Positions 1 to 9,017 of a DNA stretch of 64,000 nucleotides are shown piece by piece. A program made the position numbers and the translations under genes. Source of the DNA: an uncultured Acidobacteriota bacterium (GTDB lineage Bacteria > Acidobacteriota > Terriglobia > Terriglobales > Acidobacteriaceae); the NCBI GenBank assembly GCA_963745715.1, contig CAVUYN010000002.1, positions 39,751 to 103,750 of the forward strand, in the 5' to 3' direction. Position 1 is the first letter of the stretch, and each line of letters starts with the position of its first letter. The notes under the pieces are model-generated. The model did not search any database. It was not told the origin of the DNA and saw nothing but the letters and a program-made list of their open reading frames with translations.

Positions 1-1254
1 CGAGGTAAGTTCCAGTCGAGCGATCCTGCTTTGTCCCGTATTCGCGACATCTGTTGGCGCACCGCTCGCATCGATGCTCACGAAACGTACATGGACACTG
101 CCGTCTGGGAGCAATTGCAGTATATCGGCGACACCCGACTGCAGGCGCTGATCTCGTACACTGTGAGTGGGGACGACCGTCTGGCCCGGCAGGCCCTACA
201 AGCTTTCGACGATTCGCGCATCCCCGAAGGCATCACTCAGAGCCGCTACCCATCGTCTCTAATCCAGCACATTCCGCCATTCTCGTTGTTGTACATCAAT
301 ATGCTTCACGACTTCTGGATGTATCGTCCCGATCCCAACTTTGTTGCCGGACTGCTGCCGGGCACGCGCCCGATACTCGCCTGGTTTCTGGCAAAGCAGC
401 GTCCCGATGGAATGCTTTCTTCGCTTCCAGGCTGGACGTTCATTGACACGCCAGCATGGGTCGAGGATTTTCCACGCCGAGATGAAGCTGGGAGATCTTC
501 CGTGGTCACCTTGCAAATGATCGGAGCCTTGCAGGCCGCCGCCGATCTTGAGCAAGAGTTGGGCGATCCTCTGCTGGCGGATCGCTATCGAAAGCAAGCG
601 GAGTCAGCGGCGACTGGAGTGTTCAAATTATGCTGGAACCGACAACTCGGGTTGCTGGCAGACACTCCCGCCCAGAATTCCTATAGCCAACACGCAAACC
701 TCACTGCAGTTCTTTTCGATGTCATCCCGAAAGCGAACCAGGCCGACGTAATGCGAAAGGTGCTGGCAGCAAGCCTTGGCGCTGCCGACGTCAGCACCGA
801 CAAACTAGCCAAAGTGAGCCTCTTCTTCCAGTTCTATCTGGCGCGCGCACTTGAGCATGTTGGCCTCAGCGACTCTTATTGCGACCTGCTGCAGCCTTGG
901 CGTCAAATGCTGGCGATGGGGCTCACGACAACGCCCGAATATTCCGATCCATCGCGCTCCGATACCCATGCCTGGAGTGCACACCCGGCTTATGATTTTG
1001 CGACGATTGTTGCTGGCATACGGCCGGGGTCTCCGGGCTTCGCCACAGTGCGTATCGAACCCAGTCTCGGTAAATTGCAATGGGTCGAAGCTTCAATGCC
1101 ACATCCCCGAGGGACGATCTTAGTCCGCTACCACAAGGGCGAGAAAACCACGGATGCAGCCATTAACTTACCGGATTCCGTGTCAGGAACGTTCGTATGG
1201 AAAGGCCAGTCCTACCCGCTTCATCCCGGCGAACAGACATTCCAGTTGCCGTAG
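1..1254 (+). CDS. alpha-L-rhamnosidase-like glycoside hydrolase (GH78-type six-hairpin plus C-terminal domain); 5' end lies outside the window
   Basis: Frame 1 is open from nt 1, so the listed TTG at 31 is internal. The translation has rhamnosidase-type (a/a)6 and C-terminal beta-domain motifs (YIGDTRLQ, THAWSAHP, GIRP..PGF..V.IEP). Confidence 0.7.
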   Translation, partial: RGKFQSSDPALSRIRDICWRTARIDAHETYMDTAVWEQLQYIGDTRLQALISYTVSGDDRLARQALQAFDDSRIPEGITQSRYPSSLIQHIPPFSLLYINMLHDFWMYRPDPNFVAGLLPGTRPILAWFLAKQRPDGMLSSLPGWTFIDTPAWVEDFPRRDEAGRSSVVTLQMIGALQAAADLEQELGDPLLADRYRKQAESAATGVFKLCWNRQLGLLADTPAQNSYSQHANLTAVLFDVIPKANQADVMRKVLAASLGAADVSTDKLAKVSLFFQFYLARALEHVGLSDSYCDLLQPWRQMLAMGLTTTPEYSDPSRSDTHAWSAHPAYDFATIVAGIRPGSPGFATVRIEPSLGKLQWVEASMPHPRGTILVRYHKGEKTTDAAINLPDSVSGTFVWKGQSYPLHPGEQTFQLP

Positions 1255-1326
1255 TCGGATTCTCACTGGACTGACGGAAGCGAGCTGCCTCAGCTCTCGG
1301 AAGAACTTGATTCGCGAATTGTCAGC

Positions 1327-1722
1327 CTACATTCGTTTTCTTATCGGCCAAATGAGCAAGGAGACAATCATCCAACTGAGGGTCGACGCGGCCATTACGA
1401 TCCCAGGTCTGTGGTTGGGCAGCCATCGTGCCATCACCAGCGCAAACACAAGAAGCCCGATACTTCCGATCGCGGCACCGGCCGCATCGATTGCGACCGC
1501 TTGCCTGGCTCGTGTCGACCCGTGCATTCGAAGGCGTTCCTTCTTCTGCTTCTCATGCTTCTCAATCAGGGTTGCACTTGCAGGCAGAATCGCAGGAAAA
1601 GCCAGAAAGAGTCCACCGATGCCGGGGCCGTATTTCTTGGCGATCATCCCTGTGGCGACAGTAATCAGACACCCAGGCCGAATCAGGTTGCGGCCTGGTA
1701 CCAGCGAATTTCCTTGAGCCAC
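1327..1722 (-). CDS. DUF3147-like small integral membrane protein
   Basis: 131 aa with about four hydrophobic helices. The motif KKYGPGIGGLFLAFPAILPASATLI resembles the DUF3147 family. Confidence 0.5.
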   Translation of the reverse strand: MAQGNSLVPGRNLIRPGCLITVATGMIAKKYGPGIGGLFLAFPAILPASATLIEKHEKQKKERLRMHGSTRARQAVAIDAAGAAIGSIGLLVFALVMARWLPNHRPGIVMAASTLSWMIVSLLIWPIRKRM

Positions 1723-2032
1723 GAGGTATCAACCTGGATTCGCATTCTCGTACTACTTCAAGAAGAAATACCAAAGTCCGAAAGCTGTAGCGGCCCACAC
1801 TAAGAGTAAGGACCCCGCCGCTACCAGCGCATGAATCGGCGGTGCATCATTGCCCAACTTATACAACAAGGTTCTCATTGGGTAAAACACATACTTATCT
1901 CGGGGAACTCCTGTATTGGTGCTCCTGAGGCGCAGGCGGAAGATTATCTTGTCGAATTGATCGCTCAGGAATGGCCTGATGTCCAATCCGCGAGCCATGG
2001 GAATCGACAATCAAGCTAATCGGAGGTTGCAA

Positions 2033-2446
2033 ATGCGACAACTATTTCTGTGCCTTTCGGTTCTGCTCCTCGGCTTGTCTTGGGCCGCTGCGCAGAGCAC
2101 ATCGAGCCAAACCAGCCCGAACTCTACAAGTTCCGGTCAAGAGACGCAGTCATCGGCAGGTGGCGAAACCACGGTTGAGGGCTGTCTGAGCGGATCCAAT
2201 GGGAGCTTCACGCTAAGCGACAAGAACGGCACAACGTACTCGCTGACCGGCGACACTGCGAAGCTGAGCGAGCATGTCGGCCATGAAGTGAAGATTACCG
2301 GCACGTCCAATTCGGCGGCCTCTTCGCCAAGCAGCACGGGTACTCCAAGCGCGACGGGAAGCGCTGGGGCGCAGCAGACGCTCCAAGTCAGTTCCGTTAA
2401 GCACGTCTCGAAGACTTGCCAATCTGGTGGTGGAACAGCCAAGTAA
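2033..2446 (+). CDS. secreted Ser/Thr-rich protein with a DUF5818-like beta domain (paralog A)
   Basis: GGAGG sits 6 nt upstream of the ATG at 2033. Signal peptide MRQLFLCLSVLLLGLSWAAAQ. The core GCLSGSNGSFTLSDKNGTTYSLTGDTAKLSEHVGHEVKITG matches four other ORFs in the window. Confidence 0.6.
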   Translation: MRQLFLCLSVLLLGLSWAAAQSTSSQTSPNSTSSGQETQSSAGGETTVEGCLSGSNGSFTLSDKNGTTYSLTGDTAKLSEHVGHEVKITGTSNSAASSPSSTGTPSATGSAGAQQTLQVSSVKHVSKTCQSGGGTAK

Positions 2447-2464
2447 GGCAGGTCCATTGATTTG

Positions 2465-2493
2465 AAAGGCCCAGCCTTGTGCTGGGCTTTCTT
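2465..2493. terminator. bidirectional stem-loop between convergent genes
   Basis: GCCCAGC-cttgt-GCTGGGC, flanked by an A-run on the left and a T-run on the right. Confidence 0.6.
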
Positions 2494-2529
2494 ATGGATG
2501 AAAGGACGGTCGATGACGGGGAACCGGCG

Positions 2530-3654
2530 CTATGCTGCGTCACGTGCTGGCGCATGTGCATGGATGATGTGTGGTTTCGCATGAGCCGACCGACGAATCT
2601 GCTGAGAACGAGAAGGTTCCCGCCTTTCGGGCAGAGGGAGTAGTGGAATCGTCGTCTTGGCTTGAATCGACTCGTAGATGGCCTCAACGACGCGAACATC
2701 GGCCAACCCCTCGAGCCCGGAGGGTTCCGGGTTTTTGTCGCGCAGGATGCAGTCCGAGAAGTAGATCAATTCGGCGGCGAACTGGTCTCGTCTGGGAAAG
2801 GTCTTAGTATGAGTCTTTCCAGCGATCGTGATCTCAAGGTTGGTATCGTTCGCGTATCCGTAGGCAGGATCGGCTCGGAGTGATCCCCGGCTTCCAAGTA
2901 GTGAGTACCGGCTGACACGGGCAGCACCGAAACTGCAGGTAAAGGTGGCAAGGCGCTCGTGGGGAAAACGCATTACGACTGAAACCATCTCCTCGACGCG
3001 GCCGAATCTCGCGTCCCGCGCGCTTGCGGCTGTTGCGGAGATTTCGACGGGCTCAGCCCGAAACAGATGGCGTGCTGCATTGATGCAGTAGACTCCCATG
3101 TCGTAGACCGGACCACCACCGCGGGATGCGGGCTCCGCGACGCGAACATTTCCCTCGGCCACTTGCTGGGAAAACTCGGAGGTAAAAAATCGCAGGTCTC
3201 CCATGCTTTCTGTCTTGGCCAGGTCGATGGCAGCGAGATTTCCCGCTTCGAAGTGGAGGCGGTAGGCAATCATCAATTTCACACGATTCAGCTGTGATGC
3301 TTTGATCATTGCCAGGCAGTCCTCTTCGGTAACCGCCATTGGCTTCTCACAAAGGACGTGTACTCCGGATGCCGCGGCGCGCTCCGCATATTCGCGATGA
3401 AGATGGTTTGGCACTGACAAGTAGATCGCGTCGACATTGGAGAGAGCTCTCCCGTAATCTTCGTAGGAATAGAGATGCTCCAATTCGTACTTTTTCCCTA
3501 ACTTCTTGAGCTTCTCAGCGTCACCCGAGACCAGCGCGAAGAGTTCCGAATTGGGAGAGTTCTCGAATGCTGGCAACACAGCGACCTGCGCGATGTGACC
3601 CAGCCCAACGACCGCGTACCGAATCTTTCTCTTCGAGGAGTTGTGCTGTGTCAT
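2530..3654 (-). CDS. Gfo/Idh/MocA family NAD(P)-dependent oxidoreductase
   Basis: Rossmann N-terminus IRYAVVGLGHIAQ and EKPMA motif. I chose the ATG at 3654 (MTQHNSS...) rather than the upstream 3864, which would add 70 non-conserved residues. Confidence 0.8.
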   Translation of the reverse strand: MTQHNSSKRKIRYAVVGLGHIAQVAVLPAFENSPNSELFALVSGDAEKLKKLGKKYELEHLYSYEDYGRALSNVDAIYLSVPNHLHREYAERAAASGVHVLCEKPMAVTEEDCLAMIKASQLNRVKLMIAYRLHFEAGNLAAIDLAKTESMGDLRFFTSEFSQQVAEGNVRVAEPASRGGGPVYDMGVYCINAARHLFRAEPVEISATAASARDARFGRVEEMVSVVMRFPHERLATFTCSFGAARVSRYSLLGSRGSLRADPAYGYANDTNLEITIAGKTHTKTFPRRDQFAAELIYFSDCILRDKNPEPSGLEGLADVRVVEAIYESIQAKTTIPLLPLPERREPSRSQQIRRSAHAKPHIIHAHAPARDAA

Positions 3655-3907
3655 AAGCGTTCCTCCGAATGAATATTTCCCGGGCACAGACCCGGTAACA
3701 TCCAAATGTTCCCCAAGCCAGAGTGTTGAGATTGGATGCGCATTACAGCCTGAAGGTGGTTGATATTCATAACCCTTTGGGCCTGTTCTGCAATCAGGAA
3801 CTGAGACGATGGAAACCTGACTCGACGGGGAGAGGAAACTTCGGATGCCGGTTTGCAGTAACAATTCGCTTTCTCTACAGCGTCGATGTCATGGTTTGAA
3901 GGTGACC

Positions 3908-6073
3908 TTAAGAGACAACGGTGACGATCTCTACGTCTTCGCCCTTGTTCTCGCAGTGAACGAGTACCGAGTCGCCGCGTCTTTCCAGCAGCAGGTCGAC
4001 AGCGTCTTTCCCGCAACGGAGATTACGAATGGAGAGTTGCGAAATACCCTCAGGGAGAAATGGCCTCTCGAACAGAATCCGTCGGCGATCCGCTTGTACC
4101 GAAATGCCGAGGCATCCTTCCAAAATAAAAAAGGGCGTCGCTGCTGACCATGCCTGCGGCGAACATGCAACGGGATAGAGAGTGGGTCCCTCCGTGGGGC
4201 GCCGTCTCAAACCGCAGAACAATTCTGGTAAGCGATGCAGTTCAACTTCGCCGCTCAAATCCAGCAAAGCCAGCAATACTTGTCCTGCTCGTTGTTTGAA
4301 ACCGTACCTCGCCATCCCGTTGGCGATGATGGAATTGTCATGCGGCCAAATCGACCCGTTGTGGTAGGACAAGGGGTTATAGCGAGATTCCGTTGCAGCG
4401 ATGGTACGAATTCCCCATCCCGTAAAGAAGTCATCGCTGAGGAGGGTCTCAGCAACGCGGCGCGCCCTTTCGGGAGATACGATGCCGGTATAAAGGCAAT
4501 GTCCGGCGTTCGACGCTCGGACCCGGCAGGGATTCTTCTGGCCGTCGAGGGCCAAGGCGTACATGCCGATATCGTTGCACCAGAATTTTTCTTCAAACTG
4601 AGTTCGCAGCTCTTCGGCCTGGACCTCGAGTTCACAGCAGTGATCGATGTTTCCTCGTATTCTCGTCAAGCGCGAAGCCGCAAGTTTTGCGGCGTAGATG
4701 TAACCCTGGACCTCGCAAAGAGCTATGGGTGGTTCCGCAATCTCGCCGTTCGCGTGAAATACAGAATCGTGAGAGTCTTTCCAGCCCTGCTGCACTAGTC
4801 CTTTACTGGAGTGGCGACTGTATTCGACGAAGCCATCACCATCGACGTCTCCACAATCGTCAATCCATTTCAAGGCACGCAGAATGTGAGGCCACAATCG
4901 TTCCAGGAAAGGGCGATCCGCCGTGCGCTCGAAATATGCACCGGCAAGCATCACAAACAAAGGTGTGGCGTCAACGCTGCCGTAGTAGCGGCCGAAGGGG
5001 ACCTCCCCCAAGGCCGCCATTTCACTGCGCCGCATTTCATGCAGAATCTTACCGGGCTCGGAGTCTGCTACCGGATCGACCACATCCGCTTGTGACGACG
5101 CCAAGAACTCCAATACGCCTTTCGCAATATCGGGATTCAACCATAATGTTTGAAGGGCCGTGATGATGCCATCGCGGCCAAAGACAGTGCTGAACCATGG
5201 CACGCCCGCGTAGGGATAGTTTTGCTCGGGATTGCCCGCGATCATCATTTCTAAATCAGAGACGGATCTGGCGATCCAGTCGCTGAAGCGTGAGTTTGAG
5301 CTCGTTATTTGTGGAAAGGCTTTCGCCATCCCCGCGAGTTCAAAGTGAGCTGACGAGAGAGCGTCGCTATAACCCACGAAATCACGGGAAACGTCGGAGT
5401 TGCAGACAATATCGAGTTGCAGGGTTAAGCGTTCCTTTGGACGAAGGATGACTTCGAAGTCCAGGCCTGCTTCCGAGACTCTGTGCGGAGTGACGTCGCT
5501 CCGAATCGAAGTTTCACGTACTACGTGGTCCAGTCCTTCGTAAGACAGAATGGCCGAATTTCTATAGATCTGATCTTCGAGACGCTTTCCTCGCCGCTCT
5601 CTCGCCGTTCCCCGAACCTCAAAGATGTCGGCAAAATCCGCGTCGAACCCAACTCGGACCGGAATGTCGAGATCTTCTAGACCGTGGTTGACGAAGAGCA
5701 GCTTTTCGAAGCACGAGTCGCGCCAAAGAAACCGGGAGCGGACCAAGTGCAGGATTCCGCGATGGATGGCAACGGTGCCTTCGCGCATGACATCGAGGTT
5801 GGTCAGATCCGCTGTGAAAAGGAAATTGTTGGTGGCAACCGTCGAACTAAGCAGGAGGGGACGGGCGTTCCACAGCTTCAGTGACAATTCCGAGAGGTGG
5901 CGCATCCCATCATAAAAGAGGCCCTCTTCTCCCAGGCCCGACGTCTGCACGTCGCCCAATCGATCGAACACGAAAAACATCCTGCCATATTTGAGAACAC
6001 GAGCGCGATCGTCTGCGGGAGATGACGTAGTCGCTATGTAGTACTGGGCGTTGGCGATTCCACTTCCATCCAA
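3908..6073 (-). CDS. amylo-alpha-1,6-glucosidase / glycogen-debranching-enzyme-like (GDE_N_bis plus GDE_C type) protein
   Basis: 721 aa. N-terminal YYIATTSSPADDRARVLKYGRMFFVFDR and the C-terminal (a/a)6 region (PWFSTVFGRDGII, VQQGWKDS, YHNGSIWPHDN) are typical of this family. Confidence 0.8.
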   Translation of the reverse strand: MDGSGIANAQYYIATTSSPADDRARVLKYGRMFFVFDRLGDVQTSGLGEEGLFYDGMRHLSELSLKLWNARPLLLSSTVATNNFLFTADLTNLDVMREGTVAIHRGILHLVRSRFLWRDSCFEKLLFVNHGLEDLDIPVRVGFDADFADIFEVRGTARERRGKRLEDQIYRNSAILSYEGLDHVVRETSIRSDVTPHRVSEAGLDFEVILRPKERLTLQLDIVCNSDVSRDFVGYSDALSSAHFELAGMAKAFPQITSSNSRFSDWIARSVSDLEMMIAGNPEQNYPYAGVPWFSTVFGRDGIITALQTLWLNPDIAKGVLEFLASSQADVVDPVADSEPGKILHEMRRSEMAALGEVPFGRYYGSVDATPLFVMLAGAYFERTADRPFLERLWPHILRALKWIDDCGDVDGDGFVEYSRHSSKGLVQQGWKDSHDSVFHANGEIAEPPIALCEVQGYIYAAKLAASRLTRIRGNIDHCCELEVQAEELRTQFEEKFWCNDIGMYALALDGQKNPCRVRASNAGHCLYTGIVSPERARRVAETLLSDDFFTGWGIRTIAATESRYNPLSYHNGSIWPHDNSIIANGMARYGFKQRAGQVLLALLDLSGEVELHRLPELFCGLRRRPTEGPTLYPVACSPQAWSAATPFFILEGCLGISVQADRRRILFERPFLPEGISQLSIRNLRCGKDAVDLLLERRGDSVLVHCENKGEDVEIVTVVS

Positions 6074-7134
6074 TTCAAAACTCCCTCTTCGACCGTAATC
6101 GAGGCCGACGCCGGATCGACCAGTTCCTGGTAGATGCTAAGGTATTCCTGGGCCATGCGGTCATCAGTGAAGTTTAGTTCAAAATGCTGTCGGCATGCGC
6201 GGCGATCGATTTCGCTGATTCGTTCCACCGCCTTCACGGCCTCAAGAATGTTGCTAACCACGAAGCCCGTCACGCCATCCACCATGATCTCAGGAACCGA
6301 GCCGGAGGGATAAGCGATGACCGGCGTCCCGCACGCCAGCGCTTCGATCATTACCAATCCGAACGGCTCAGGCCACTCGATCGGAAATAAGAGAGCTTTA
6401 GCATTACCTAGAAACTCACTCTTCTCGGAGTGCCCGATTTCGCCGATGAAATCGATCAACGGGTGGCGGAACAGCGGCTTGATTATTGTTTCGTAGTACT
6501 CTCGATCGGCGGCATCAATTTTGGCAGCAACCTTCAACGGTATCCCGGATCGGATGGCAATTTCGATGGCGCGGTCCAGACCCTTCTCCGGTGAGATGCG
6601 CCCCAGGAATGCGAGGTATTCCCCATCCGATGCGCGGAAAGAAAGTGAGTTCGCCGGCATCCCGTGATGAACCGTTCCCCTCCAGTTGGCCCAGGGAAGT
6701 GGCCTTCGCTGGGCGTCGGAGATGGAGACGAGTGGCATCTCGCGGAACTCCTTGAATATGGGGACAAGATCAGGAATGTCGAGACGTCCGTGGAGGGTGC
6801 TGATGTTCCGCACCTGTTCGCGACGGCTTAGGGAGAAATGCAGGTAGTCGACGTGGAAGTGAATTAGATCGAACTCCTCCGCGCGCGTGAATACCTCTTC
6901 AACCATTAGATAGTGGTGCGCCAGCCGATCGATGCAGTCCGGGTCTAACCTGAGCGCCTTTCTGCAAGCGGGGACCAAGCGAGCGTTGGTCACCGAATCG
7001 CCGCTGGCAAACAGAGTCACGTCATGGCCAAGCGAAACGAGCTTTTCCGTGAGCCAAGATACGACCCTTTCTGTTCCTCCGTAGAGCCGGGGAGGAACGC
7101 TCTCATAAAGTGGCGCGACTTGGGCTATCCGCAT
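6034..7134 (-). CDS. glycosyltransferase family 4 (GT-B, group 1)
   Basis: 366 aa with the N-terminal YGGTERVV motif and the C-terminal E..FGLV..EA.A.G.PV motif. The 3' end overlaps the downstream GDE-like gene by 40 nt. Confidence 0.85.
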   Translation of the reverse strand: MRIAQVAPLYESVPPRLYGGTERVVSWLTEKLVSLGHDVTLFASGDSVTNARLVPACRKALRLDPDCIDRLAHHYLMVEEVFTRAEEFDLIHFHVDYLHFSLSRREQVRNISTLHGRLDIPDLVPIFKEFREMPLVSISDAQRRPLPWANWRGTVHHGMPANSLSFRASDGEYLAFLGRISPEKGLDRAIEIAIRSGIPLKVAAKIDAADREYYETIIKPLFRHPLIDFIGEIGHSEKSEFLGNAKALLFPIEWPEPFGLVMIEALACGTPVIAYPSGSVPEIMVDGVTGFVVSNILEAVKAVERISEIDRRACRQHFELNFTDDRMAQEYLSIYQELVDPASASITVEEGVLNWMEVESPTPSTT

Positions 7135-7623
7135 CCGGGGGCTCCTTTGTTCTGTTCCTGCACAAATTCCCTGGTTTCAATCGAACTACACGGGATTGGC
7201 TACGGCGGGACGTGGCTAACCCATGGAAGTGACTGCGTTCATTGCAAATACAATGGTGAGATGTTTTTTAGCGCTGTCTGGTTGGCGCCCGGATTCTCGC
7301 GCGGCCTGATCGTTGGCGATCAGACCTCCGTGGACACGTACTATCCGAACCAACCGGACTGGACCTTGGAAGAGATTGATGTGTTCAGATGGACGGGAAC
7401 TACAAGCAAGAGCCGTACAACGTTTGGCTCGACCAAGTCAGCTTGAGCGCTCACTAAGCTCGACCTGGATTCGATCGATATGGGTACCGCGCCTCAAATA
7501 GCATGGATTCAACCATAAGCGGGTCGCGCTATTCGTACTACAGCGAAACAGGCGGCATTCCTACAGAGATTCTTCGATTTGTCGCACGAGAATGGAATAC
7601 TACGCTTCGAGAAGGAGGTCCTT

Positions 7624-8073
7624 ATGCCTGAAAAGGAAACGATCGAACGAGCTCGTGAGGATGAGCGGGAAGGAAAATCGCCTAGTACTCAGGCAGGAGA
7701 GTTCGTACGAGAGGAAATGCACCATGTGCGAGAAGGAAAGCATGGTGCCGCATCCACCAAACAGGCAATAGCGATCGGCCTGTCAAAAGCGCGCCGAGCC
7801 GGTGTGAAGCTGCAGCCACCTCGCAGGGGAAGAACATCGGAAAAAACTGCGGAGCAAGCTGAACGCGACTATCGCAATGGTCAAAGCGATTCTAACCGTA
7901 AGCCTTCCGCGGCGCGCTCCAGGGCGACCAGCAACGCGTTGAAGAAGGAAGGGCACTCTGCGGCTTCCCATGAATCGCTTTCCAGACAGGCTCGTTCGGC
8001 GGCGAAGAAGCGAAGTACATCCGCGCGTCACGAGTCCGCTGTCAAGGCAAGCCGAACGCGAAAAGCCAGTTAA
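7624..8073 (+). CDS. conserved stress-associated basic protein (DUF6496-like)
   Basis: GAAGGAGG precedes the ATG at 7624. The motif EGKSPSTQAGEFVREEMHHVREGKHGAASTKQAIAIGLSKARRAGVKL is as I recall it from general-stress regulon proteins. The tail is K/R/S-rich. Confidence 0.55.
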   Translation: MPEKETIERAREDEREGKSPSTQAGEFVREEMHHVREGKHGAASTKQAIAIGLSKARRAGVKLQPPRRGRTSEKTAEQAERDYRNGQSDSNRKPSAARSRATSNALKKEGHSAASHESLSRQARSAAKKRSTSARHESAVKASRTRKAS

Positions 8074-8116
8074 AGCGTAGATTGCTAAAAATGTGGGATC
8101 GATTGAGGATGGTGCG

Positions 8117-8266
8117 ATGATTCGCAAAATGAAAAGTGGGCAGTATCGCTTGTACTCGCGGAAGAAGGATGCCAAGACTGGCAAGCGCCGAAATCTGGGA
8201 ACCTTTCGCACGAGGCAAGCTGCAGAGGCTCATGAGAGAGCCGTGCAATATTTCAAACACCACTGA
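8117..8266 (+). CDS. small basic conserved hypothetical protein (49 aa; not in the ORF track)
   Basis: Manual translation gives MIRKMKSGQYRLYSRKKDAKTGKRRNLGTFRTRQAAEAHERAVQYFKHH. GAGGA lies 7 nt upstream. It sits directly after the DUF6496-like gene. Confidence 0.45.
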   Translation: MIRKMKSGQYRLYSRKKDAKTGKRRNLGTFRTRQAAEAHERAVQYFKHH

Positions 8267-8275
8267 AGGTATTCA

Positions 8276-8555
8276 ATGACTGCTCGAACGACGAAGCGAT
8301 GGGTCTCTCGGGTCACTACAGACTCGACACATCCTCCTCCCGGCCTGTTTACCAAGAACGCGGCTACTATAGCGCTCCCTTGCATCCAAAGGCGTTTCTC
8401 CCAAAGGCCCGGGCTCCGGCTTGCGAATGCTTACGTACTTTATTAACAGGGGCGGCCGTGGGCTCACATCGACGTGGCGTGCAGAACTGCAAAAAGCGAA
8501 AAGACTGCTCTCCGCGAAAATCAATAAGGCCAAAGCGTCGAAGACGTCGAAATAA
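8276..8555 (+). pseudogene. DUF3175-like gene interrupted by one extra base near 8375
   Basis: Frame A reads MTARTTKRWVSRVTTDSTHPPPGLFTKNAATIA and then stops at 8444. Frame B continues SLASKGVSPKGPGSGLRMLTYFINRGGRGLTSTWRAELQKAKRLLSAKINKAKASKTSK* (stop at 8553-8555). The total is 280 nt, which is 3n+1. Confidence 0.55.
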
Positions 8556-9017
8556 AATCGCCCAACGATTCACGCTGACCGCGATATCGGAATCGCAACT
8601 CTCTTTCGTCCCGGTTTGCAGCGCAATGCTGTATCGCGCGGGTCTTCCTGAAACCTAGGATTAGCCCTAAACGAGGGCTTTCCCAGGACGAATTACAAGA
8701 CTTTCCGGATGCCGCGGAGAGAATCTATGTTCCAGCCAGGCTACCCACCTTTCTCTGATCTAGGTCACTCCCCCCTTGTGTCCGCGAGGCCGCGATGAGT
8801 GTCCGCAGGTAACCGCCCGGAGGAGATTCATCCTCGGAGCTTCGTCTACAGAGAATCGTGTATATGCCCAAAGTTCGTGGGCACGCTAGACTCGTCGTTT
8901 TGGGGAGCCCTAAAACTTAGGGCCGTTGACAGCAGAATCTCGCCCTTCTCCGAACGAATTAGCAGTCAATGAGCAGCGGAAAAGAATGTGCCAATGCGAA
9001 TTCGTAGGAAAAAATGA

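Noticed and set aside
1753-2010. An 85-aa minus-strand ORF with a hydrophobic C-terminus upstream of the DUF3147-like gene.
   Set aside because: I found no RBS and no recognisable family. The N-terminal two thirds look non-protein-like. It may contain a short real membrane peptide, but I cannot support it.
3651-4016. ORFs bridging the oxidoreductase and GDE-like genes, and the long N-terminal extension (3655..3864) of the oxidoreductase ORF.
   Set aside because: The conserved Rossmann N-terminus begins right after the ATG at 3654. The upstream residues are non-conserved, and the other ORF is Arg-rich junk.
7509-7537. A TCAACC-N19-CGT pattern seen upstream of the DUF6496-like gene and, on the minus strand, upstream of the YciE/F-like gene (about 61300-61330), considered as a possible shared stress promoter.
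   Set aside because: Only two matching instances were found. The spacing is too long for a canonical ECF promoter, and the pattern is absent upstream of the other small stress genes I inspected.
8662-8925. Small palindromes upstream of the 1823-aa kinase gene: AGCCCT-aaacg-AGGGCT and GCCCTAA-aac-TTAGGGC.
   Set aside because: They are short, have no T-tracts or repeated occurrence elsewhere, and I could assign no function.
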